DNA of 59,689 nucleotides, counting the filler. It is 6 parts of 6 records of this genome, joined end to end, with 100 filler letters (N's around TTAATTAATTAA, not from the genome) between each part and the next. Parts side by side here need not be neighbours in the genome. Positions count along the whole stretch, not along the records: positions 50,753 to 59,689 come from SRR31147125_7710; 5 more parts are not named here. One strand, given 5' to 3'. The translations under genes and the position numbers were made by a program. The notes beneath the pieces are model-generated. The model saw nothing but the letters and a program-made list of their open reading frames with translations, made no database searches and was not told the DNA's origin. Of the stretch, positions 51,652 to 59,689 are shown one piece after another. Numbering within the stretch: the stretch's first letter is position 1; each line of letters starts with the position of its first letter.

Positions 51652-52572
51652 TTAAAACTCCCACTTTTTTGCAGAAATTTTCTCAAATGCTTCGATATAT
51701 TTACTGCGGGTTTTAAGTACTACATCTTCCGGAAGAACCGGAGCCGGAGCTGTTTTATCCCAATCTGTACCTTCCAGCCAGTCACGGACAAACTGTTTGT
51801 CGAATGATGGAGGGTTTGAGCCTGTCTTATAGGTTTCTTGTGGCCAGAAGCGCGAACTGTCTGGAGTTAGAACTTCATCAATCAGGATTAGTTCGTCATT
51901 ATACATGCCGAATTCAAACTTGGTGTCAGCAATAATAATACCTTTTGTAAGGGCAAATTCTGCAGCCTTAGTATAGAGATCGATTGAGGCTTTACGAACT
52001 TTTTCAGCGAGTTCCTGTCCTAGAGTCTCTACCATCTGCTCATAGCTGATATTTTCGTCATGATCACCAATTTCTGCTTTGGTTGAAGGGGTAAAGATTG
52101 GTTCTGGGAGTTTGGCGGCCTGCTCCAGTCCTGCAGGTAGTTTTATACCGCATACGGTGCCACTTTCTTGATATTCTTTCCAGCCACTGCCTACGAGGTA
52201 GCCACGTACAATACACTCAACTGGTAGCGGAGCAGCTTTCTTGACAATCATACTTCTGCCCCGAAGCTTATCCTTTGTGTCTTCAGAAATATTGAGCTTT
52301 TCAACAGATCCGCTTATTAAGTGATTGTCGATAATATCTTTAAGATAATCAAACCAGAAGAAACTCAACTGGGTAAGGGCTTTCCCTTTATCACCTATAG
52401 CCGGATCCAAGACAACGTCGAAGGCACTGATTCTATCTGTTGTAATAATCAGCAGGCTGTCGCCGAGATCATATAGATCACGGACTTTTCCTTTGTTGAT
52501 CAGTTTTAAACCTGGGATGTCTGTACTTTCAAGAGCATTTGCGTAAATTTCTTCTGTTGTGCGGTTATCCAT
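51652..52572 (-). CDS. purC: SAICAR synthase
   Basis: [45 protein letters not shown] and [12 protein letters not shown]. Confidence 0.97.
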   Translation of the reverse strand: MDNRTTEEIYANALESTDIPGLKLINKGKVRDLYDLGDSLLIITTDRISAFDVVLDPAIGDKGKALTQLSFFWFDYLKDIIDNHLISGSVEKLNISEDTKDKLRGRSMIVKKAAPLPVECIVRGYLVGSGWKEYQESGTVCGIKLPAGLEQAAKLPEPIFTPSTKAEIGDHDENISYEQMVETLGQELAEKVRKASIDLYTKAAEFALTKGIIIADTKFEFGMYNDELILIDEVLTPDSSRFWPQETYKTGSNPPSFDKQFVRDWLEGTDWDKTAPAPVLPEDVVLKTRSKYIEAFEKISAKKWEF

Positions 52573-52689
52573 AATGATAAGTTTTCATCCTTCTGAAAGC
52601 TGAATAAACAATATTATTGCAAATTATAGTATAAAATATTTTAACATTAAAATGTAAAAACTCAATGGCAAAAAGTTAATTGCTTGAAT

Positions 52690-52733
52690 AAAATCGGGAT
52701 TTAAAAAGCATATGCCTTTTAAATCCCGATTTT
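52690..52733 (-). terminator. Terminator after the porin gene
   Basis: AAAATCGGGATTTAAAA...TTTTAAATCCCGATTTT long inverted repeat. Confidence 0.75.
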
Positions 52734-52760
52734 CGGTTATTTTATAATATTATATATAGC

Positions 52761-54107
52761 TTAAAAGGCAACACCTGCTTCAAAGACTACAGAATCTCTA
52801 CTTTTGATCCCGTTATCACCTACACCGCTTGTATTGAAGAAAATATGATCATATTCGAGTTTATACCACATACCACAGTCGAATTTATAAAGTGCAGCTA
52901 CTCTTCCTCTGATATTGGTGCTTTCGATATGAGAGGTGTTGTTTGTGCCGGTTATTACGGTCTTATAAAGTTCATTGCCTGTGTTGAGCATCCCGATATC
53001 ACCACCTGCAGCAATTTTGAATCTTTCAGTTATGGCGTAATCTCCACCTATTGAAACACACCAGGCTGAGGTGTCAGAGTAAAAATTTCTGCCTAGGTTG
53101 TAGTCGGCTTCAATATATAAAGAATATTTATCCTGAATATAAGCAGCACCTATGTCGAATTGCGGGTTATAACCTGTACCTCGACGATCTGCTTGAGTGG
53201 ATACTCCCTGACCGATATCAATATTTCCAATATAAGTCAAAGCGAAATTGAGACCCTCAACAAATGCAGGCATATATTCAAACATCAAAGAGTGGTTCAT
53301 AACACCATTATTGCGGACATCACCATTACTTGACAGGATAGAACCGGAATTGTTAGCATCATAGCCGATGAGCAGGTCATTTGGAGAGCCAAGATCGGTA
53401 TCTGAGAATATAGTGCCGGTAATGATGTACTGGTCTTTAGTGTAGCGGAGTTTTATGCCCATACGTTTGATATCGTCATTTGGGTTGTCGGAAGCGCTCC
53501 TGTCCTCGGAAGAGTAGACAAAGCTGAAGCTTTTTGTGCCGGGGTTGGTTATGAAAACATTTCCCCATGGATTAAAGCTGCTTGAGTACATACCTCCGGG
53601 AATGCCAGTAAAACCAACCTCTGTACCGAAGTTTGTGCCGGCAATGTTATTCCAGTAGAAATAGGCTTTGTCAAATTTATTTGGTCTGATATCAATAAAA
53701 GCGCCTAGATCGTCATTCATTGCAATATTAAAAGTTAGAGAAGGGGTGTCAAAGTCCCAGCCGATTCTATCAGCGTATTCACCACCGAAAGGTTTGTTGC
53801 TGCCTACTTTTTCGTAATAATATTTAAAATCAGCATAATACCTCACTGCAAGTGTTCCGCCAATTTGAACCGTGGCATTATTGCCTTTTGTGCGTAGTGC
53901 TTCAGGTGCACCTCCAGCACTATCTCTGAGTTCTTCTCTTTCCTGATCATATTGTTTTTTCAGAATATTCATATCCTCCTGCATCTCTGTGAGCGCTGTT
54001 TTGAACTGGCGTAGTTCTGTAGAGTGACTGTCCTCAGCATAGCTGCTTGAAGTCATGCAGGAAATAAGGGTTAGTAAAGAAAATGATATTGCTTTTGCGA
54101 ACTTCAT
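52761..54107 (-). CDS. Outer-membrane beta-barrel (porin-like) protein with an N-terminal coiled coil
   Basis: Signal peptide (..SSYA), coiled coil, alternating beta strands, C-terminal ..FEAGVAF. Confidence 0.7.
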   Translation of the reverse strand: MKFAKAISFSLLTLISCMTSSSYAEDSHSTELRQFKTALTEMQEDMNILKKQYDQEREELRDSAGGAPEALRTKGNNATVQIGGTLAVRYYADFKYYYEKVGSNKPFGGEYADRIGWDFDTPSLTFNIAMNDDLGAFIDIRPNKFDKAYFYWNNIAGTNFGTEVGFTGIPGGMYSSSFNPWGNVFITNPGTKSFSFVYSSEDRSASDNPNDDIKRMGIKLRYTKDQYIITGTIFSDTDLGSPNDLLIGYDANNSGSILSSNGDVRNNGVMNHSLMFEYMPAFVEGLNFALTYIGNIDIGQGVSTQADRRGTGYNPQFDIGAAYIQDKYSLYIEADYNLGRNFYSDTSAWCVSIGGDYAITERFKIAAGGDIGMLNTGNELYKTVITGTNNTSHIESTNIRGRVAALYKFDCGMWYKLEYDHIFFNTSGVGDNGIKSRDSVVFEAGVAF

Positions 54108-54258
54108 AAGTTTTCCTAAGCTAATTGAATAATGATAATTAAAAAGCGATTTTTTGTAATCATACATGACTGGGAAGATTTTTGAAAGTATAAATTAGAA
54201 TAAAACATTTTTTATTGTATAATTGATTTATGAGAGAAAATAGCTATAACATGGTAAT

Positions 54259-54274
54259 TGGCACGAAAATTGTA
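54259..54274 (+). promoter_or_regulatory. Sigma54-like site upstream of rpoN with GT instead of GC at -12
   Basis: TGGCACGAAAATTGTA: perfect -24 half and exact spacing, ending 52 nt before the 54327 ATG. Confidence 0.6.
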
Positions 54275-54326
54275 TTTGTTCTATGCTCGAAATAAATATG
54301 TTGTTATAAAAGAAAGCAGGTTGAGA

Positions 54327-56099
54327 ATGGCTCCAGAGATGTACCATGGCATGAATTTGCAGATGGCGCAGCGTCAGGAAATGGTAATGACTCCACAGAT
54401 GATTCAGTCTATGGAGATGTTGCAGATGCCTCTTCTTGAATTGGAGCAGAAGATTCAGAAAGAGTTACTGGAGAATCCGGCACTTGAACTGCAGGATATG
54501 AAGAATGATGATAATAGCGGTAATGCTGCCAGTTCTGAGAATTCGGATAGTAGCGTAGAAGGTAATGATAGTGTATTGGAAACCGGTACCGAATATGTAG
54601 ATGATTTCAATGATCTGCGTTATGCTGACGAGGTTGATTATAACTGGAATGATGTCTACGATGATATTATGCCACGTAGAAGCTCGGATGATGAAGAGTT
54701 TGATCTTATTGCCAATGCCGAGAGCCATGCAGACTCTTTTATTGAGTCACTCATCAAACAACTCCATCTGCTCGATATCTCTGAGAGAATAAAAGATATT
54801 GCAGAGGTGCTTATCTCTTCGCTTGATGAGTCGGGTTATCTCACCATGCCGTTTGCAGAAATTGATTTTAGCGATCTTTTTCCTGAGCCATCTGAAGATG
54901 AATTTGAAGAAGCACTCGATGAACTACAGCATTTGCAGCCACCGGGGATTGCTGCTCGTGATTTTAAGGAATCGCTTCTCCTCCAGTTAGATACCATTGA
55001 TGATCCTGCAAATCTGCTGGCAAGTGAGATAGTGGAGAAGCATCTTGAAGACCTTGCTGCAAACAGACTGCCGCTTATCGCTAAATCTTTAAAAGCAGAT
55101 ATTGAAGAGGTCAAGATAGCTGTCGGTCTGATAAAGAATCTTCATCCATATCCGGTTACAGGTTATAGCAGTCAGAATGCAAAAGTTGCTAGAGCGGATA
55201 TTATTGTTGAGGTTGTAGAGACCACAGCGGAAGCGAAGAAGAAGGCTAAGGCAAAGGTATTTGCTGCGCAGATGAAGGTGCAGGAAGCAGAGATAAATAA
55301 TTATGATGAGAAGACAGAGTATATTGTAAGGGCAGCAAAAGCAAGCCTCCATGATGCGCGTATTGAGTTGGCACTCTTTGAGAATGATGGCACTGTCTGG
55401 GAACTTAGTCTGCCTGATTATCCCACACCTGAGGTGTCTGATACATTCCTTGCTCTCTATGATAGTACTGGTCGTGGTGAGATAGTGAGGCAGGCAATTA
55501 TGAATGATCCGAAAAGGAAAGATGAATTTCTGGCAATGCAGAAATCGCTCAAATCTTCCGGGCAGAACAAAATATTCAGAGAGCGTTTTCAGTCTGCATT
55601 TGATATTGTCAAGGCTATACAGCAGCGTGAGCTCACACTGACAAGAGTGGTGCGGGAGATTGTGGTGAGGCAGAAAGAATACCTATCAGGACAGATAGCT
55701 GCTCCTGCTCCTCTTATGATGAAAGACGTGGCTGAGTTGCTTGATATTGATATCGGTACAGTCAGCAGAGCAGCCAGAGATAAATTTATTCAGTCTCCTA
55801 TAGGGCTCAAGCCACTCCGTACTTTCTTTACCCGTTCAGTGCCTGCTAATACCGTCTCTATTGCCAGTGTTGGTGCAGCAGATGGTAAACTCAAAGTGCC
55901 TGAGGGTGGGTTCAGTAATATCCAGATCAGAAATAGAGTAAAAGAGATGATTGATTCTGAGGATAAAAAAAAGCCGCTTAAAGATGATCAGATTCAGGTG
56001 ATGCTGGAGAAAGAAGGTATTGTTATCAAGAGAAGAACTGTTGCAAAACATCGCCTCAAAATTGGATACAAGAATTATTCGCAACGGCGGGAGTATTGA
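54327..56099 (+). CDS. rpoN: RNA polymerase sigma54 factor with internal insertions
   Basis: MTPQMIQSMEMLQMP..LLENPALE activator-interacting region; SLDESGYL and PPGIAARDFKESLLLQL core-binding region; TVSRA HTH; RRTVAK RpoN box. Confidence 0.93.
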   Translation: MAPEMYHGMNLQMAQRQEMVMTPQMIQSMEMLQMPLLELEQKIQKELLENPALELQDMKNDDNSGNAASSENSDSSVEGNDSVLETGTEYVDDFNDLRYADEVDYNWNDVYDDIMPRRSSDDEEFDLIANAESHADSFIESLIKQLHLLDISERIKDIAEVLISSLDESGYLTMPFAEIDFSDLFPEPSEDEFEEALDELQHLQPPGIAARDFKESLLLQLDTIDDPANLLASEIVEKHLEDLAANRLPLIAKSLKADIEEVKIAVGLIKNLHPYPVTGYSSQNAKVARADIIVEVVETTAEAKKKAKAKVFAAQMKVQEAEINNYDEKTEYIVRAAKASLHDARIELALFENDGTVWELSLPDYPTPEVSDTFLALYDSTGRGEIVRQAIMNDPKRKDEFLAMQKSLKSSGQNKIFRERFQSAFDIVKAIQQRELTLTRVVREIVVRQKEYLSGQIAAPAPLMMKDVAELLDIDIGTVSRAARDKFIQSPIGLKPLRTFFTRSVPANTVSIASVGAADGKLKVPEGGFSNIQIRNRVKEMIDSEDKKKPLKDDQIQVMLEKEGIVIKRRTVAKHRLKIGYKNYSQRREY

Positions 56100-56141
56100 T
56101 CTTACTATAAGCAGTAATTACGTGTTTGTTAAGGGAGAGTT

Positions 56142-56927
56142 ATGTCAATCAATTCCAGAAAACATCAAGATGAGTCAAAGTTGAGAAGTGAGCGTCTTGC
56201 ATATGTAGGGGCTCTGGCTGCAGGGCTGGTGCATGAGGTGCGTACTCCGCTCCATGCAATACAGCTCAATGCACAGCTGCTGGCTGAGGATGCGGCTAAT
56301 CTTCCCGAAGATTGTTCGCAGAAATTTTCTCGTCGCAGTCAGCGTATCTTCTCTGAGGTAAAAGCTCTCTCAAAAACTTTGGAAATGTTTCTCACTTTTG
56401 CCAGACCACCTCGCATGGATCCTGAACCGCTCGACCTCAATAGGTTTCTGCGAGAGTTATGTGAATTTGTACAGCCGGAGATGGATGAGAATGGGGTTGA
56501 GTTGGAGACCCATCTTGCTCCGGATATGTATCCTGTAGTAATTGATCAGAATCAGTTTACTCATGTTATTCTCAATCTACTGCGTAACGCCAATGAGGCT
56601 ATAGATCAACGTCGTGATATTGGTGATGATTTTGAAGGCGTTGTCAAGCTGTCAACTTTTGAGGAGGATAAGACTATACGTATAGAAGTTGAGGATAATG
56701 GTATAGGGATTAATCCAGAGAATGAAGATAAGATTTTTGAGGTTTTTTATACTACTAAAGAAAAAGGTACAGGTCTTGGTCTTGGTATTGTCAATCGTAT
56801 AATAGAAGATCATCGCGGGGCAATCAAAGTGATGAGTAAGGATACTCATGGGGCTATTTTTAATATTATTCTGCCACGTGGTTATCTGATTGCTTCCAGT
56901 GATCTGGCTGGTGAGGAAGAAAATTAA
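56142..56927 (+). CDS. Sensor-less NtrB-like histidine kinase
   Basis: ERLAYVGALAAGLVHEVRTPL, NLLRNA, DNGIGI and FYTTKEKGTGLGL; only about 15 aa precede the DHp helix. Confidence 0.9.
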   Translation: MSINSRKHQDESKLRSERLAYVGALAAGLVHEVRTPLHAIQLNAQLLAEDAANLPEDCSQKFSRRSQRIFSEVKALSKTLEMFLTFARPPRMDPEPLDLNRFLRELCEFVQPEMDENGVELETHLAPDMYPVVIDQNQFTHVILNLLRNANEAIDQRRDIGDDFEGVVKLSTFEEDKTIRIEVEDNGIGINPENEDKIFEVFYTTKEKGTGLGLGIVNRIIEDHRGAIKVMSKDTHGAIFNIILPRGYLIASSDLAGEEEN

Positions 56928-59689
56928 AAGAGAGAGATTCTTTTTTGTGGAGCAGTTTTATTTTTGCTCAGAGTAGTGGCTGCTTTATTATTTGCTAAGA
57001 AGTCAAAACTTTTTACTGTTGCAGAAGGTTGTTGTTTGGTGGAGGCTTTGGGGTTTAAATTAAAGAGTGAGCTTAGCTGTAATTGGGTACTTGAGATTTG
57101 ACCGCAGTCAATGCTGGCTGTGGTCTCTTTTTTTGCAGGAATAAGATTGTGCGAAGCCTCTGCAGGGGTTTCTGTTGCTGGAATTATTATTGCTTTTGTG
57201 ATTGGTCTGCGATTAGTCAGCTTTGGGAATAGAGCAACAAAATCTTGCGGTGCAGCGTTTTCTGTATACTTGATCTTCTTTTTAGTGAAGAGTTCAAAAT
57301 TATTTACTGGTGTTGCAGGTTTTAGTTTGATTGAAGCTTTAGGGGTGAGCCTGAAGAGTGTGCTTAGTTGTAGTTGCGTCTTGGCTATTGAAGCTGAGGC
57401 AGATGTAGTTATACCTTCTTCTTTTTTGCTGATATTATTTGCGTAAGAAAAGATCTTCTTGGTTTGAGGTATTTCAATTTTGCGTAATTTGCCACTATTT
57501 ATGTTAGCAAAAAGATGGTGTTTATACTTGTGAGTATTGTATGCTGATTCAATCTTCGCAGGTTTGTTATTGAAAAGGTCAAAATTGTTTGTTGTAATTA
57601 TATTATCTTTAATTTCAGCATTTACAGCAGAGTTATGATGATGGAAAAGAGGACTCAACTTCAGAGATGATCGTTGATGGGACTGGTTGGTTTTTTCTGG
57701 GCTGTTTTCAGTTATAACTGATTGTGAAGTTGTATCATTATTTTTCATGACTACACCAGTTGTTAGATCTGATGATTTGAATGTACGCTTTATAGGTAGA
57801 ATTGCAAATAGCGCAAAATTGTTATTAGTGCTATTTGTTTCTTTTATTTTTGGAGTATTATTGTTGAATAATACGAAACTATTTCTCTTCTCTGCAGTTT
57901 TATCTGTCGTTTTTTTTGTGTTAAATATTAGCGTACATGCAAGCTGAAGCTGCTGATATACTCTGCTTGATGCAGGAGCTTTTTTAGAAAGTTTTGTGAT
58001 ATTATCGTTGATCTGTGGCGTCACCTTGCGAGTTGTTTTGCTGAGATCAGTTTTCGGTACAGGCAATTTATATGTGCGTTTTGCGGGTAGAGTATGGAAT
58101 AGCCCAAAATTGTCGGTATTATTATTTGCTGCGTTAGTTTTTGATATAATACTATTATTGAATACCAAGAAATTATTTCTCTTCGCTGTAGGTTTGATAC
58201 TATCTCTATTTGTGTTGAATGCGAAGGCATCTGTAAGATGTTGAGGCTGAGGCGACCTGCTTGGAGTTGCTGTATCCTGTACGTCAACTTCACGGGTTGA
58301 TTCCGTGATGTTTTTTGCTGCCTGTTCAAGTTTAGAATTATCCTTTGACTTTACAGTTGTTGTCGTGATTATTTCTTTCTCGGCGTTTATGCTGCTGCTG
58401 TATTTTGTGTTGAGTAATTTAGAGAATAAAGGATAACGATTATTCTCCGCTGTTGAGAGAATATTGTGTGTGTCACATTTTAGTGTAAGAAAGTCTGAGT
58501 GTCTTTTGAGTTTAATATCTGTTGATTGTTTTAGGGATTTTAATGCAAAGATATTAGCCAGATTCAAAGGTGATTTTATAATACTCTGTCTCTCTGTCTT
58601 TACTACTTCTGTCTTATTGTATTTCTCCTGATTTTTGTGTTTTGCTTGAGAAGCAAGAACTATAGGGTGTTGTGTCTGGTTCAGCGTTGCTGGTGCTGAT
58701 AGTATTTTTCTGGGCTGTTGTATCAGTGCTGGAAATGCTGGTACTTTCCGCTGAGACAGCCTGCTGAGTTCAGCAGGTTTGTTCTTGCCAAGTATCATAG
58801 ATAGTTTGAGGCTTTGTCTTTTCACTCCTGTAGTTCTGGTGTGGTTTCTGCAGTTGCTGAAAATATTGCTGATACGTTGTGGTGAAGACGAAAGATATTT
58901 TACTGGAGTATTAGCAGAAGTTGTGAGGTTGTCTTTTTTAATGATTTTTTTATGCTCTTCTACTTCTTCTTTGAGTACGGTTTCCTGCTGAGAATTTAAT
59001 TCTTCATGATACTCGGCATAATCAATAAAGTATATCTCTGAAAAATCAACAGATTGCTGAGCGACAATTTTATTGAGGCGGATAAGTTCGAGGATAGCGA
59101 TAAAGAAACCGACCATCTCGTCTTCTGTCGGTGAGTCTGAGAGGATACTTGTAAAGCTTGCGCGCTTGCGCTGCACTACGACTTCCTCGATCTGCTGTAT
59201 TCTTACTTCTGTCGGCACTTCTTCACTGACAATCTCACGTGGAGCGTTTTCATTGAGCATTCTTCTGGCGATACGCTGGAATGCTGCAAGGAGGTCGAGC
59301 GCCCCTAGCTGCTCGGCTTTGTCTTTGACTACTGCCTTGAATTGAGGTATCTCTACATTACGTGTATAGCGCTCGCTGAACTGATCAGACATCTTTTCCA
59401 GTTCTGCGGCTACTTCCTTGAATTTTTTATATTCGAGCAAGGCTTCGACAAGTCCCTGACGTGGGTCATATATTTCGTCCTCGTCTTCATCTTCTGCTTT
59501 GACTTCCGGCAGCAGCATCCGCCCTTTTATTTCTGTCAGCATTGATGCCATAGCCAAGAATTCCCCGCCAGCATCAACATCAATTTCAGGCATTCTATTT
59601 ACTTCATTTAGATATTCTCTGGTGACATGGCTTATCGGAATATCATGAATATCTATCTCGTCACGCCTGACAAGGTAGAGCAGGAGATC
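56924..59689 (-). CDS. scpA: Segregation/condensation protein A (kleisin) with a ~700-aa C-terminal repeat extension; start lies beyond the window
   Basis: The frame stays open to the window edge and reads DLLLYLVRRDEIDIHDIPI..YL..; then GEFLAMAS..EIKGRMLLP, DPRQGLVEALLEYKKFK, and the winged-helix end FIAILELIR...QSVDFSEI. Confidence 0.9.
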   Translation of the reverse strand, partial: DLLLYLVRRDEIDIHDIPISHVTREYLNEVNRMPEIDVDAGGEFLAMASMLTEIKGRMLLPEVKAEDEDEDEIYDPRQGLVEALLEYKKFKEVAAELEKMSDQFSERYTRNVEIPQFKAVVKDKAEQLGALDLLAAFQRIARRMLNENAPREIVSEEVPTEVRIQQIEEVVVQRKRASFTSILSDSPTEDEMVGFFIAILELIRLNKIVAQQSVDFSEIYFIDYAEYHEELNSQQETVLKEEVEEHKKIIKKDNLTTSANTPVKYLSSSPQRISNIFSNCRNHTRTTGVKRQSLKLSMILGKNKPAELSRLSQRKVPAFPALIQQPRKILSAPATLNQTQHPIVLASQAKHKNQEKYNKTEVVKTERQSIIKSPLNLANIFALKSLKQSTDIKLKRHSDFLTLKCDTHNILSTAENNRYPLFSKLLNTKYSSSINAEKEIITTTTVKSKDNSKLEQAAKNITESTREVDVQDTATPSRSPQPQHLTDAFAFNTNRDSIKPTAKRNNFLVFNNSIISKTNAANNNTDNFGLFHTLPAKRTYKLPVPKTDLSKTTRKVTPQINDNITKLSKKAPASSRVYQQLQLACTLIFNTKKTTDKTAEKRNSFVLFNNNTPKIKETNSTNNNFALFAILPIKRTFKSSDLTTGVVMKNNDTTSQSVITENSPEKTNQSHQRSSLKLSPLFHHHNSAVNAEIKDNIITTNNFDLFNNKPAKIESAYNTHKYKHHLFANINSGKLRKIEIPQTKKIFSYANNISKKEEGITTSASASIAKTQLQLSTLFRLTPKASIKLKPATPVNNFELFTKKKIKYTENAAPQDFVALFPKLTNRRPITKAIIIPATETPAEASHNLIPAKKETTASIDCGQISSTQLQLSSLFNLNPKASTKQQPSATVKSFDFLANNKAATTLSKNKTAPQKRISLF

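Noticed and set aside
54258-54326. TTG start for rpoN given by the ORF track
   Set aside because: The extension overlaps the sigma54-like site and has no RpoN similarity. ATG at 54327 or just after is more plausible.
5804-56099. Linking the contig 1 sigma54 promoter to the contig 6 rpoN
   Set aside because: Different contigs with no evidence of a shared genome.
567-59545. Numerous short (60-150 aa) ORFs antisense to or nested in the long genes
   Set aside because: Shadow frames of well-supported CDSs, with no recognisable motifs.
1-59689. CRISPR arrays, rRNA/tRNA genes, intact transposases, phage or defence genes
   Set aside because: No repeat-spacer periodicity, RNA gene signature or matching protein motif seen by eye. 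A covariance-model scan would be needed to exclude small RNAs.

Overview
The window is not one locus. It is six unrelated contigs joined by five 100-nt N/TTAATTAATTAA linkers (contigs 1-6021, 6122-13530, 13631-22716, 22817-38260, 38361-50652, 50753-59689), probably from several organisms. Contig 1: rmuC plus a tightly coupled three-gene operon of unrecognisable proteins behind a sigma54 promoter; two of them start with G/Y/N/F-rich prion-like domains. Contig 2: MaoC dehydratase, an orphan DUF6364-like antitoxin next to a decayed PIN toxin, a frameshifted VanZ-like protein, DUF6454, DUF1028-TPR and a multi-TM histidine kinase. Contigs 3-4: Bacteroidota polysaccharide utilisation loci (SusC/SusD, GH92, two GH28; HTCS, two GH78, FAD oxidoreductase, sulfatase, GH106, beta-helix protein). 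Contig 5: Bacteroidota-like hybrid kinase-CheR-CheB module, MCP, hutI-ftcd, a PagL-like protein and a DeoR/FGGY kinase/isomerase sugar operon. Contig 6: lipid A acyltransferase, purC, porin, an atypical rpoN, a sensor-less kinase, and ScpA carrying a ~700-aa tail of about seven degenerate ~100-aa repeats. The best novelty candidates are the ScpA repeat tail, the sigma54 prion-like operon and the divergent RpoN with a non-canonical upstream GG-N10-GT site. Family assignments come from motif recognition by eye, not database searches. Five frameshifts all fall in homopolymer runs and are probably sequencing errors.
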